Below, piece after piece: positions 33,651-41,774 of a DNA stretch of 54,851 bases. The position numbers were made by a program, and so were the translations under genes. This stretch comes from Pseudobdellovibrionaceae bacterium. GTDB lineage: Bacteria > Bdellovibrionota > FAC87 > UBA2466. Below the pieces are notes generated by a model. It did not search any database and was not told the origin of the DNA. It saw only the letters and a list, made by a program, of their open reading frames with translations. The DNA lies in the NCBI GenBank assembly GCA_023250715.1, contig JAHFAF010000008.1:1234-56084 (forward strand), in the 5' to 3' direction. Each line of letters opens with the position of its first letter. Within the stretch, counting starts at the first letter, position 1.

Positions 33651-35687
33651 GTGCGTGTTTTACACCTCTCCCTGATTCTAAGTCTCCTCTTGAATGCTCC
33701 TGCGCACGCGTTCAATTGCCGAGCGATTTACGAAAAGGCAAATCCAATTTTGCGGGGCACGGGGTTTATCGCTGGAGGTGTTTTTTATGGGCCGGTCACT
33801 CTACCGGCTAAAATGGCGCACGATATTTATAAGCTTTGGCGAGAACGAGGTGCACGGCAAGATTACCTAAGGGCTCCTTTCACACGGCTATCCGAAGACC
33901 GCTGGCAAGCCGGGATTTTTGCTTTTTTGAAACTTCTTCAGCTCACCACAGGTTTAACCTTCAATCAGTATCAAGTCGCGACGAGTGATTTCGAGAAGGA
34001 TGACGAGGATAAAAAAAATCTTCGCGTCATCATCGATGCTTTCTCTGACGATGATCCCTTATACTCCGGTGCTGGGGCTTTCGTTTACAACTTGCGCTAC
34101 TCGAAAAAGAAGAATGCCTTTCTTCTGAGGCCGAAAAGTATGAAAGAGCTTGTGGATGGGCTCAAGGAAATCGCTCAAAAGGAGGGGCGACCCATCACGC
34201 ATCTCGATTACTACGGCCACGGCCTGCCGGGGACCATCCTTCTCGATAAGGGAACGATGTTCGCAGGTCATTCCCATTCCATTCTCGAAACGCCGGATGG
34301 AACTCTGGAAGTGAAGGACTATTACGACGGAATGGATCAATTGGTGAGCACGTTTGCAATCGACGCGAAGATTCGATTTAATTCCTGCTTCGGAATAAAC
34401 GGCACGAACGGTCGTGAAATTATGACCAAATTTGGATCCGCGGCGCTGGGTGAGAGCGGGGGAACCCTCTATGCTTCGAAGGTGCAGATACTTCCGAATC
34501 TTGTCGAATTGCTTTCCCTAAAATTTGGAGGTTCAGAGCCACCAGCATGGCTTCGAACCTATGGAGATCAGCTATCGGCATACAATGGAGGGCTCACTCT
34601 CCTCTCGGGCCTTCAAATGCGGTGGCACGGCCTGAGTGATGAGGGGCCATTTCATGTAAATACCACCGATCGAATCCGAGTGGAGAGTTCACGTCCTGAG
34701 CAGACCGAGGTGAGTAAGAGGATGAAAGCTGCTTTTACGGAATCGCTGTTGTCGAACCTGAAGAGTCAATTGGAGGGCAGGCGATCGAGTGTTGAACGCC
34801 CTTGGGCGGTTATGGATCAAGTGGGAAGGGGGGAAACGTACTATCCGGTTTCTACTTTAAAGAAAAAGTTCGTAGGCGATAGCGAGAAAATTCGAAAGAT
34901 CCAAGAAGAGGCGCAAAAATTTTCACAACTACGTTTCACCCATGAAAAAGAGGGCTCGGAAGAGTCCCTTACGGTGGAATATGTTCTTCATAGCGTCGAC
35001 GAGCGAGAACGACTCATTTCCCGCGGCAGAACTCTCTCTGCTGAGGGGCGTGCGGAGGTGGATAAAATTATCCAGCAATCCTTGGATTCACTGCAAAAGG
35101 CCGAAACAGAGGGAGGAATCACTCACAGCGTTGCGTCCCAGCAACGCAATTATATTCACGATCTCTCGGAACAAGCGAAGACGCTTATTAAGGAAAAAGA
35201 AGAATTACACTCCACTGTCCCCAATGAAATCTCGGATGTTAGAAACCGGCTCCGGAGGGAATCGGAGCGCGTCTTGCACGAGCGGGCTCAGGAATATACT
35301 GGACTGCCGGCCGGACAGATCTGGGTGCTTAATGGTCGAGCCGTCACGATACAGTCGGGAACTAAGGAAGAACTCGATGCAAAGAAAACGGCGCTTCTTA
35401 CACGTTTCCCTACTTTCCATGCACACATTGAAAGCGGAAACCTTTGGGTAGAACTGTATCCTCCTAAGGTCATCGCCCAAGGGATTCAGAAGGAGCTTGC
35501 AGCCTTAGAGAGGAAGGCAAAGCTAGAGGAAGAGGTCCTTTACGCAAAAGAGTTAGGACAACTCCAGGAACTGCAAAAGCGGGGAGCGATATCTGGAGAG
35601 GTTTACGGATCAGCTCAAGAAAACCTCCAGCTCGAAAGGAAGCGCTCTATTGAAGGCTACTTTGATCGCTTTCTCAGAGGGGAATAA
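33651..35687 (+). CDS. secreted protein with a His/Cys-dyad (caspase-fold-like or DUF4347-like) N-terminal domain and long coiled-coil C-terminus
   Basis: GTG start. Signal peptide MRVLHLSLILSLLLNAPAHA. ITHLDYYGHGLPGTILLDKG, then IRFNSCFGINGTNG about 55 aa later. The C-terminal 300 aa are rich in E/K/Q/L heptad-like sequence. Confidence 0.75.
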   Translation: MRVLHLSLILSLLLNAPAHAFNCRAIYEKANPILRGTGFIAGGVFYGPVTLPAKMAHDIYKLWRERGARQDYLRAPFTRLSEDRWQAGIFAFLKLLQLTTGLTFNQYQVATSDFEKDDEDKKNLRVIIDAFSDDDPLYSGAGAFVYNLRYSKKKNAFLLRPKSMKELVDGLKEIAQKEGRPITHLDYYGHGLPGTILLDKGTMFAGHSHSILETPDGTLEVKDYYDGMDQLVSTFAIDAKIRFNSCFGINGTNGREIMTKFGSAALGESGGTLYASKVQILPNLVELLSLKFGGSEPPAWLRTYGDQLSAYNGGLTLLSGLQMRWHGLSDEGPFHVNTTDRIRVESSRPEQTEVSKRMKAAFTESLLSNLKSQLEGRRSSVERPWAVMDQVGRGETYYPVSTLKKKFVGDSEKIRKIQEEAQKFSQLRFTHEKEGSEESLTVEYVLHSVDERERLISRGRTLSAEGRAEVDKIIQQSLDSLQKAETEGGITHSVASQQRNYIHDLSEQAKTLIKEKEELHSTVPNEISDVRNRLRRESERVLHERAQEYTGLPAGQIWVLNGRAVTIQSGTKEELDAKKTALLTRFPTFHAHIESGNLWVELYPPKVIAQGIQKELAALERKAKLEEEVLYAKELGQLQELQKRGAISGEVYGSAQENLQLERKRSIEGYFDRFLRGE

Positions 35688-35694
35688 CGGCCCG

Positions 35695-35943
35695 TTAAAA
35701 GGATCTTCGGGCGGGTGACTGGCCCAACTTTTCTCGGGTGAGAATAAGTCCGTGGGTTAAGTCGTAGGGGGAGAGGCCTAAGGTTACTTTATCTCCGACA
35801 AGAACACGGATGTGGTAACGGCGAAGTCTTCCAGAAAGTTTTGCAGTGATAACTCGGCCGTCGCCGAGTTTTACGGAAAAATGGCTGCCGGAATTTGCTT
35901 CGGTAATTACGCCATCGATTTTTAAAAGATCCTCTCGGCTCAT
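35695..35943 (-). CDS. infA: translation initiation factor IF-1
   Basis: IDGVITEANSGSHFSVKLGDGRVITAKLSGRLRRYHIRVLVGDKVTLGLSPYDLTHGLI aligns along its length with E. coli IF-1 as I recall it. AAGGAG SD. About 10-aa C-terminal extension. Confidence 0.95.
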   Translation of the reverse strand: MSREDLLKIDGVITEANSGSHFSVKLGDGRVITAKLSGRLRRYHIRVLVGDKVTLGLSPYDLTHGLILTREKLGQSPARRSF

Positions 35944-35970
35944 TTTCAGATGCTCCTTACAAATTTTTAC

Positions 35971-35995
35971 GGGCCGCCCAAGAGTTTGGGGGCCC
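35971..35995 (-). promoter_or_regulatory. GC-rich hairpin in the 73-nt spacer between the RRM gene and infA
   Basis: GGGCCGCCCAA / TTGGGGGCCC, a 10-bp stem with a 1-nt bulge and a 4-nt loop. No U-tract follows on the minus strand, so it is not a canonical terminator. Confidence 0.4.
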
Positions 35996-36016
35996 GCAAA
36001 AACTCTCTAAATTGTT

Positions 36017-36364
36017 CTAGTAACGGCCGCCGTCTCGCTGTCCGCCGAAACCGCCACGACTGCCTCGACTTCCGAAGCTATCTCGCTGAGAGCTTCCAAA
36101 ATCTCGCGAGCCCTCAGTCTTGGGCCGTGCCTCATTTACCGTGAGGGCGCGTCCTTCTACTTCTCTTCCATTCAGACTGGAAATAGCCTTTTGAGCTTCT
36201 TCATCGGTGGACATTTCCACGAATCCAAAACCTTTTGACCGACCGGTATCGCGATCGGTAATGAGTCGACACGAGTCGACCGTGCCATGCTGGCTGAACA
36301 GTTCGTTAATTGAGCTTTCCGTAGCGGAAAAGGCGAGATTGCCTACGTATATTTTTTTTCCCAC
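36017..36364 (-). CDS. RRM (RNP-1) glycine/arginine-tailed RNA-binding protein (115 aa)
   Basis: I prefer the GTG at 36364, 6 nt after AAGGAGG, giving (M)GKKIYVGNLAFS. RNP-1 motif KGFGFVEM. RGG-like tail SRGSRGGFGGQRDGGRY. The track's 36 extra N-terminal codons lack support. Confidence 0.9.
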   Translation of the reverse strand: MGKKIYVGNLAFSATESSINELFSQHGTVDSCRLITDRDTGRSKGFGFVEMSTDEEAQKAISSLNGREVEGRALTVNEARPKTEGSRDFGSSQRDSFGSRGSRGGFGGQRDGGRY

Positions 36365-36623
36365 AAGAGACCTCCTTATTAAGGTGAGTGGTGCCAAAAT
36401 CAGAAAAACGGTGAGCACCTTGCCCAGAGGTCTTCTTAATCGACCGCTTATCATAGCCCGTTTTTCCCTCAATTGCTCTCTAATAGATGGAAAAGGGGGA
36501 GTAATTCTGCGTTAAGTCAATGAATGTATGCGAGAAGATAGAGACACCTAATATCGGGCGGAGAAGAGCTATTCGATAGTAATGCACTAACTGATGTGAC
36601 ACTATGGGCGCGTTCCTCCTCGC

Positions 36624-37430
36624 GTGTATCGGAGACAGATGACCCCGTCCTATTTTTTCGCGTGTATTGCGGTTTTCGTTTCCGCCTACACTTTGAACGT
36701 GATTTACGTTTCTGTCTTTTATCACCGCGCTTTTACCCACCGAGCGATTCAACTACATCCGTGGTTGGAGTTTTTCGTGATTCACACTGGAAGTTGGGTG
36801 ACTGGCTTGGATCCCAAAGGATGGGCCTGCATGCACCGGCTTCATCACCAGTACTCGGATACTCCGATGGATCCGCATAGTCCTACCATTAATGGAATTT
36901 GGAGTGTCCTTCCACGGCAGCTGTATTCCTATAAAAAGACTCTTGCGGCACTCATTTTAAAGAGAAAATCCTACCTTTCAGTCGTTTCGGATATTGATTT
37001 TCCCGTGAATTGGCTCAACAAAAAACACCTTTGGACAATTCCTTATCTTTTGCAGGCGGCGATAGCCATTACGCTGGGAATTACTTTCGATGCGTGGCTC
37101 CTCGCTGCCTGTTATTGGATCGGAATGATGAGCCATCCCATTCAGGGATGGATGGTCAATGCGCTCGCGCATCGTTACGGTTATCGAAATTTCAATACCC
37201 CCGATAACTCGAAAAATAACTCCGCTGTCGCCTGGCTTGTTTTTGGTGAAGGCTATCAGAACAACCATCACCACCTTCCGAGTTCAGCAAAGTTTTCCGC
37301 GCGGCCCAGCGAGGTGGATCTGGGCTATTTGATTTGTCGGATTTTTTCAATTTTTGGGCTTCTAAGCTTCAGCCACCCAGTGCCTACCTCAGATGAGTGG
37401 TTACCCAAATCGCCGCAAGTGCTCCAATAA
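36624..37430 (+). CDS. membrane fatty-acid (acyl-CoA/acyl-lipid) desaturase
   Basis: Three His boxes: HRAFTH, HRLHH, NNHHH. Hydrophobic segments. An alternative ATG at 36639 is preceded by GGAGA. Confidence 0.9.
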   Translation: MYRRQMTPSYFFACIAVFVSAYTLNVIYVSVFYHRAFTHRAIQLHPWLEFFVIHTGSWVTGLDPKGWACMHRLHHQYSDTPMDPHSPTINGIWSVLPRQLYSYKKTLAALILKRKSYLSVVSDIDFPVNWLNKKHLWTIPYLLQAAIAITLGITFDAWLLAACYWIGMMSHPIQGWMVNALAHRYGYRNFNTPDNSKNNSAVAWLVFGEGYQNNHHHLPSSAKFSARPSEVDLGYLICRIFSIFGLLSFSHPVPTSDEWLPKSPQVLQ

Positions 37431-37499
37431 GGCCCAGTAGTCCTGCGATCCAACCTACCTTGGTAAGCATCGTGGAATATACAGTGCTGTCTAAGAGTT

Positions 37500-38429
37500 T
37501 CACCGGCATATATCATTCAGCGCTTCTTCGATCTGTGTGTAGCGAAAGGGAAAGCCGACCTCGGAAGCCCGTTTAGGGATCACTTTGCTTCCCTCCAAAA
37601 CCATCTGAGACATTTCTCCGAGAACAATTCTCAGGGCGAGGCTGGGCGCGGGAAGCAGTGCGGGGCGGTGCAAGGCTTGTCCGAGAGCTTTAGAAAACTC
37701 CGCATTCGTCACCGGGGTAGGAGCGACTCCATTTAAGGCCCCTTTCACTCCGCCTTCTTTTGCGGAAAATAGAAAGAGGGCGATTAAATCGTCGATATGA
37801 ATCCAGCTCATCCATTGCTTTCCGCCTCCGATGGGTCCCCCAAGCCCCAACCTAAAGAGAGGGAGCATTTGTTTTAGGGCTCCGCCGCCCAGCCCTAGTA
37901 CGATTCCGATCCGGATTTTCACGATGCGAAGGCCAGGCAGGTTCGCCCGATCGAGCTCCTCTTCCCATTCCCGGCAGACATCGGCGAGAAATCCAGTCCC
38001 CGCACGTGTGCTTTCATCGACAATTTCGTTTCCATGTTCTCCGTAAAATCCGATAGCGGAAGCAGAGACCAGGGTGCGGGGTTTGTTATCCAGCTTTCTC
38101 ATTCCTTCAATGAGGTTCCTGGTTCCCAGAATTCTAGAGTCATGGATTCTTTTTTTCTGGGATGGGCTCCAGCGCTTTTCGGCAATGCTCTCTCCGGCAA
38201 GATTGAACACAACTTCCACTTCGCTCAAAGCCTCGCTCGGAGGAAGTTCTCCTTCTGGGTTCCAGGGGAAAGCAGTGACACCGGTCTGAAAGACTTTGCG
38301 AGCCTGCTCCGGGTTTCTCGTAAGAATTTGGACGGTATGCCCATCGGCAACGAGTGTGCGCGTAAGTTTATTCCCGATGAATCCAGTAGCACCAGTAACG
38401 AGGACTCTCATCCAAACATGGTACGGCAT
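37500..38429 (-). CDS. TIGR01777-family NAD-dependent epimerase/dehydratase-like protein (DUF1731 C-terminus)
   Basis: VLVTGATGFIGNKL Rossmann motif with the overall YfcH-like length and pattern. The start could be 38411 (MRVLVTGATG). Confidence 0.9.
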   Translation of the reverse strand: MPYHVWMRVLVTGATGFIGNKLTRTLVADGHTVQILTRNPEQARKVFQTGVTAFPWNPEGELPPSEALSEVEVVFNLAGESIAEKRWSPSQKKRIHDSRILGTRNLIEGMRKLDNKPRTLVSASAIGFYGEHGNEIVDESTRAGTGFLADVCREWEEELDRANLPGLRIVKIRIGIVLGLGGGALKQMLPLFRLGLGGPIGGGKQWMSWIHIDDLIALFLFSAKEGGVKGALNGVAPTPVTNAEFSKALGQALHRPALLPAPSLALRIVLGEMSQMVLEGSKVIPKRASEVGFPFRYTQIEEALNDICR

Positions 38430-38452
38430 GCCTTCGTGAAGGTAAAATGGTC

Positions 38453-38479
38453 AGGCGCTTCCCTAGTGGGGAAGCGCCT
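38453..38479 (-). terminator. possible intrinsic terminator after 38493-39242
   Basis: Perfect 11-bp GC-rich stem AGGCGCTTCCC / GGGAAGCGCCT with a 5-nt loop. On the minus strand it is followed by GACCAUUUUACC, which has only 4 U. Confidence 0.4.
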
Positions 38480-38492
38480 CCCGAACTCGAGT

Positions 38493-39242
38493 TTAGCCTC
38501 TAGGATCGATAGGATCGTCGAATCGTACTTTCACCATTTTGTTAATGGCTTGGCCGTTGATCGAACGAACATGGAGAAAATGGGACCCTGGCTGAGAAAC
38601 ATTGAGAGTCACTTCTTTTTCAAAGGGAACGTCCTCCGTCTTGCAGATGCACCGGTCGTTTTCACAGCGACGGATATCGACAATTGGAAGAGCTACGATG
38701 ACATTTCCATAATAGCGCACTTGAATGTCTCTCCAGAAAAAACAGGTATTCGGAAAAGAGCCTTCGAGAACGAGCTTAGCACCCCCGAACCCGTCGGTTT
38801 GCACGCTGGCATCTCGAACCGGCGCATAGATGTAATCGTCGGGGCCAGGCCTCACCGCACGAACCACGGGAAGTTCTCCTAGAGTCCTTCCTGAAACGCC
38901 ATCTTTGAGTGTGTAGGTACCCGCAGTCAGCACCCCAACATTCACTGTCTGGTGGAATGGGATAGGGAGCTGAGAGCATAGAAGGCCAGTACGATGATAG
39001 GCGGACTGCAAAAGCGTGATCGTCTTTGCCTCCTCATTCACTGTAGTGCCCGTAGCGCTGATGGTGAAACAGGTATCGGCGAACGCGCCTTCGATTCCGA
39101 TTTGCACTCGATCGTTATCATCGAAGCCGACGGGAACAAAGCTTTTCGCAATTCCCACGCTTACGAGTTTCGGCTCGTCTGATGCCCAAGTACTGACGCT
39201 GATGACGCATGCTAACAGTAAAAAAATAGAATTTCGGATCAT
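38493..39242 (-). CDS. secreted hypothetical protein with two homologous halves (249 aa)
   Basis: Signal peptide MIRNSIFLLLACVISVSTWA. Two similar segments: IEGAFADTCFTIS...PFHQTVNVGVLTAGTYTL and LEGSFPNTCFFWR...PFEKEVTLNVSQPGSHFL. Confidence 0.7.
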   Translation of the reverse strand: MIRNSIFLLLACVISVSTWASDEPKLVSVGIAKSFVPVGFDDNDRVQIGIEGAFADTCFTISATGTTVNEEAKTITLLQSAYHRTGLLCSQLPIPFHQTVNVGVLTAGTYTLKDGVSGRTLGELPVVRAVRPGPDDYIYAPVRDASVQTDGFGGAKLVLEGSFPNTCFFWRDIQVRYYGNVIVALPIVDIRRCENDRCICKTEDVPFEKEVTLNVSQPGSHFLHVRSINGQAINKMVKVRFDDPIDPRG

Positions 39243-39297
39243 GATCTTTCTCCTTCGAAAAATTGTTTTTTGTAGAGCTTCTGAAAAATCCCCATGG

Positions 39298-39330
39298 GAA
39301 CGCTCATTTCGTCTTGCAATGAGCGTTCCA
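39298..39330 (-). terminator. possible intrinsic terminator after the CBS gene
   Basis: Perfect 12-bp stem GGAACGCTCATT / AATGAGCGTTCC with a 9-nt loop. On the minus strand it is followed by CAUGGGGAUUUUUC. Confidence 0.45.
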
Positions 39331-39376
39331 GTTGACGAGGAGGGGATTTCAAGGGGGCGATAGCTGAAAAGCGGGA

Positions 39377-39835
39377 CTATCTGTCGTGGTTTGAGCAGCC
39401 ATGTCCCGTGCAGTGGTGTCCCTCTTTCGGCGGGTGCTCCTGAATCGCTGCGCGTAATATTTTCAGGGCATCGATCGTCGTGAAAATTCCTACCAGCTCG
39501 GATTTAAGATTAGTCACGAGGACGCTTCCGATTTTTTCCTGAATCATATGATCCACCACGTCCTCGACGCGGGTGTCTGAAAGAATAATGTACGGATCGG
39601 CGACCATAATGTCGCTTACCTTCAATTGATCCGCCCATTTCGAAAGGGACGCCGCTTTAAGGGCTCTATCACTTACGATGCCCACCAAGCGCTCGCCAAA
39701 TTGTACGGGAAGGTGGCGGATATTCCTTTCTCGCATCAACTGAACCGCTTGAGAAATAGGTGCGCCTGGCTCGATAACAAAAGGGGAGCGGGTCATGTAG
39801 TCTTCGACTTTGGCGTAGCTTTTCCTATGGGACAT
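39377..39835 (-). CDS. CBS-pair domain protein (152 aa)
   Basis: ATG at 39835, 4 nt after GGAGG. VEDYMTRSPFVIEPGAPISQAVQLMRERNIRHLPV and a second CBS unit. His/Cys-rich tail HHCTGHGCSNH. Confidence 0.85.
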   Translation of the reverse strand: MSHRKSYAKVEDYMTRSPFVIEPGAPISQAVQLMRERNIRHLPVQFGERLVGIVSDRALKAASLSKWADQLKVSDIMVADPYIILSDTRVEDVVDHMIQEKIGSVLVTNLKSELVGIFTTIDALKILRAAIQEHPPKEGHHCTGHGCSNHDR

Positions 39836-40088
39836 TTTTCCTCCAGTTCTATTTCGTGAAAATAACTGCAATGGGCGGGCCAAACGGGCTTTTTGTCATT
39901 GGTTGAGTCTCCCTGTCTCACCGTCTTCAATTTCGCTTCGCGATTTAGGCACAAAAGTGGGCAATCAAATCTGGCATGGCCGATGCAAATTAATAAAGAC
40001 AGTTGGTAGGTAGAGCGGCAGGAAAGTTCGCTTTGGAGAGGCGAATGCCGCAAGTAAGTCTGAAGTTCTCCGGGAGAGGGAAGTCATC

Positions 40089-40643
40089 ATGAGCACCGTA
40101 AAATGGCTAAAGATAAAACTAGATGAGGCTCATTCCCATTATGAAGAGAGTTGCCACAGGCAATCCATGACGGCTCGGGAGATGGCGAGGCAGGAACACA
40201 CAAGCTGCCATCAAACCGCCAAGACCGTCGCCATCAAAGCGGATGGAAAGACTCTGCTCGTGGTGCTTCCCGCCTCCCGGAAAGTATCGTTAGAAAAATT
40301 GCGTAAAACCTTGCGCGCGAAATCGGCACGCTTGCTTAGTGAAGCAGAAATTCAATGTGAGTTTAGCGACTGTCAAATGGGCGCTATTCCCCCATTCCGG
40401 CATTGGAAGGGGGTGGATCTTCTGGCCGATTTGGAACTCGCCAAGGCGACGCCTGAATTTATATTTCCGGCTGGAAACAGAATGGAAGCGATCCATATGA
40501 CTTATACAGAATGGAGGGACCTTGCGAACCCGAAGGAAGGGCAGTTTTCGGAGCCCTTCGGTTGGGAGAATTCAAAAGGTAAAGAGCCGTGGCGAGAAAC
40601 TGAGAAGGCGATTCAAGAATTTGAGCAAGGACAAGGAGATTGA
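40089..40643 (+). CDS. YbaK/aminoacyl-tRNA-editing-domain-like protein
   Basis: QTAKTVAIKADGKTLLVVLPASRKVSLEKLRKTL...MGAIPPF is typical of the YbaK/ProX-type domain. GGGAGAGGGAAG SD. Confidence 0.75.
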   Translation: MSTVKWLKIKLDEAHSHYEESCHRQSMTAREMARQEHTSCHQTAKTVAIKADGKTLLVVLPASRKVSLEKLRKTLRAKSARLLSEAEIQCEFSDCQMGAIPPFRHWKGVDLLADLELAKATPEFIFPAGNRMEAIHMTYTEWRDLANPKEGQFSEPFGWENSKGKEPWRETEKAIQEFEQGQGD

Positions 40644-40646
40644 AGG

Positions 40647-41747
40647 TCAATAGACCGGTGGTTCGTGACAGATGTCGGTCAGGATCACATCGAGCCCATG
40701 GAGTAAGGTCTCCCGATTGGAGTAGGGCCCCGGCCTATAAGCCCGCGATTTTAGTCCAAGCTGGGAGAGTTCGGACACGCGCCAATCCTCACGATTAACT
40801 CCGTCCCAAAATTCAGCGGCATCTTCGGCGGTAAATCCAGATTTCGAGATCTCATCCTTGTGAAAGTGAAACTCACAAATGACATCCGTGTGCCCCTCGC
40901 TTCTCGGCCAGAGGGTGTGGGTCATGAGATAGTCCGGATGAAAACTTAAAAGAAGATTCGGGAAGACGAAGTAATAGTAAACCTTACGCCGCTCGGTCTC
41001 ATCCAGGTCGGGCAAGATTGCGCGCTGACTTTGGCCACTCACCGTCATGGTTTTCACATCGGCGTTTAGGTCCATGCTGCCGCCGAGATAAAAGGGGGAC
41101 GCCGGCTCATTATCGCCGCTCATATAATGAGAAAGTTTCTTCAGTGTGGGGTGAATGACGGGGCAATGCAGGCACTCGGAATAATTTTGAATGATAAGTT
41201 TCCAATTTGCTTTGATGCTGTAAAGGATTCTCTTTCCAAGACGAAGATCCTCTGCTTTCCACGCGCGAAATTTCTCCTGCATCGGTCCCAATTGATCCCT
41301 TAAAGGGGCCGCGTCCCCGGACAGATTCACAAAAATGTGCCCGTCCCAGGTATCGCAAAGAGCTTGCTGCAGCGGGTACTTTTCCAGGGAAAAACCGGCA
41401 AGATCATTCATGTGCGGGGCCGCTACCAAACGCCCGTCCAAACCGTAGGTCCAAGCATGGTAGGGGCATTGGATTCTCCCTGAAAAACTACCCTGGTGCT
41501 CGTCGCAAAGACGAGTTCCGCGGTGCCGGCAGACATTATAGAGAGAGCGAATCTTGCCGTCCTCTCCTCGGGTCATGATTAGGCTCTCGCCTGCGATTTC
41601 GGCCAAGAAATAACTTCCGGGCTTGGGGAGTTGGTCGGCGCGCCCCACGCACATCCATTTCTTTGCGAAAACCGCTTCGAGCTCCCGCTTAAAATATTCG
41701 GGGTCGATGTAATATTTTGCCGGCAGCGTAAGGTTTTCTTTCTGCAT
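40647..41747 (-). CDS. Rieske [2Fe-2S] non-haem iron oxygenase, alpha-subunit type
   Basis: CRHRGTRLC...CPYHAW Rieske motif, plus a C-terminal catalytic-domain-like region (ECLHCPVIHP). Confidence 0.9.
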   Translation of the reverse strand: MQKENLTLPAKYYIDPEYFKRELEAVFAKKWMCVGRADQLPKPGSYFLAEIAGESLIMTRGEDGKIRSLYNVCRHRGTRLCDEHQGSFSGRIQCPYHAWTYGLDGRLVAAPHMNDLAGFSLEKYPLQQALCDTWDGHIFVNLSGDAAPLRDQLGPMQEKFRAWKAEDLRLGKRILYSIKANWKLIIQNYSECLHCPVIHPTLKKLSHYMSGDNEPASPFYLGGSMDLNADVKTMTVSGQSQRAILPDLDETERRKVYYYFVFPNLLLSFHPDYLMTHTLWPRSEGHTDVICEFHFHKDEISKSGFTAEDAAEFWDGVNREDWRVSELSQLGLKSRAYRPGPYSNRETLLHGLDVILTDICHEPPVY

Positions 41748-41774
41748 AAGCCGGATAAATAACTCAAATTCTCG

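Noticed and set aside
36365-36472. 36-codon extension of the RRM gene
   Set aside because: The GTG at 36364 with AAGGAGG gives the canonical (M)GKKIYVGNL N-terminus seen in bacterial Rbp proteins.
38034-38882. 282-aa plus-strand ORF
   Set aside because: It runs antisense across two well-supported minus-strand genes (the TIGR01777-type gene and 38493-39242) and the terminator-like hairpin between them. Its composition is not protein-like.
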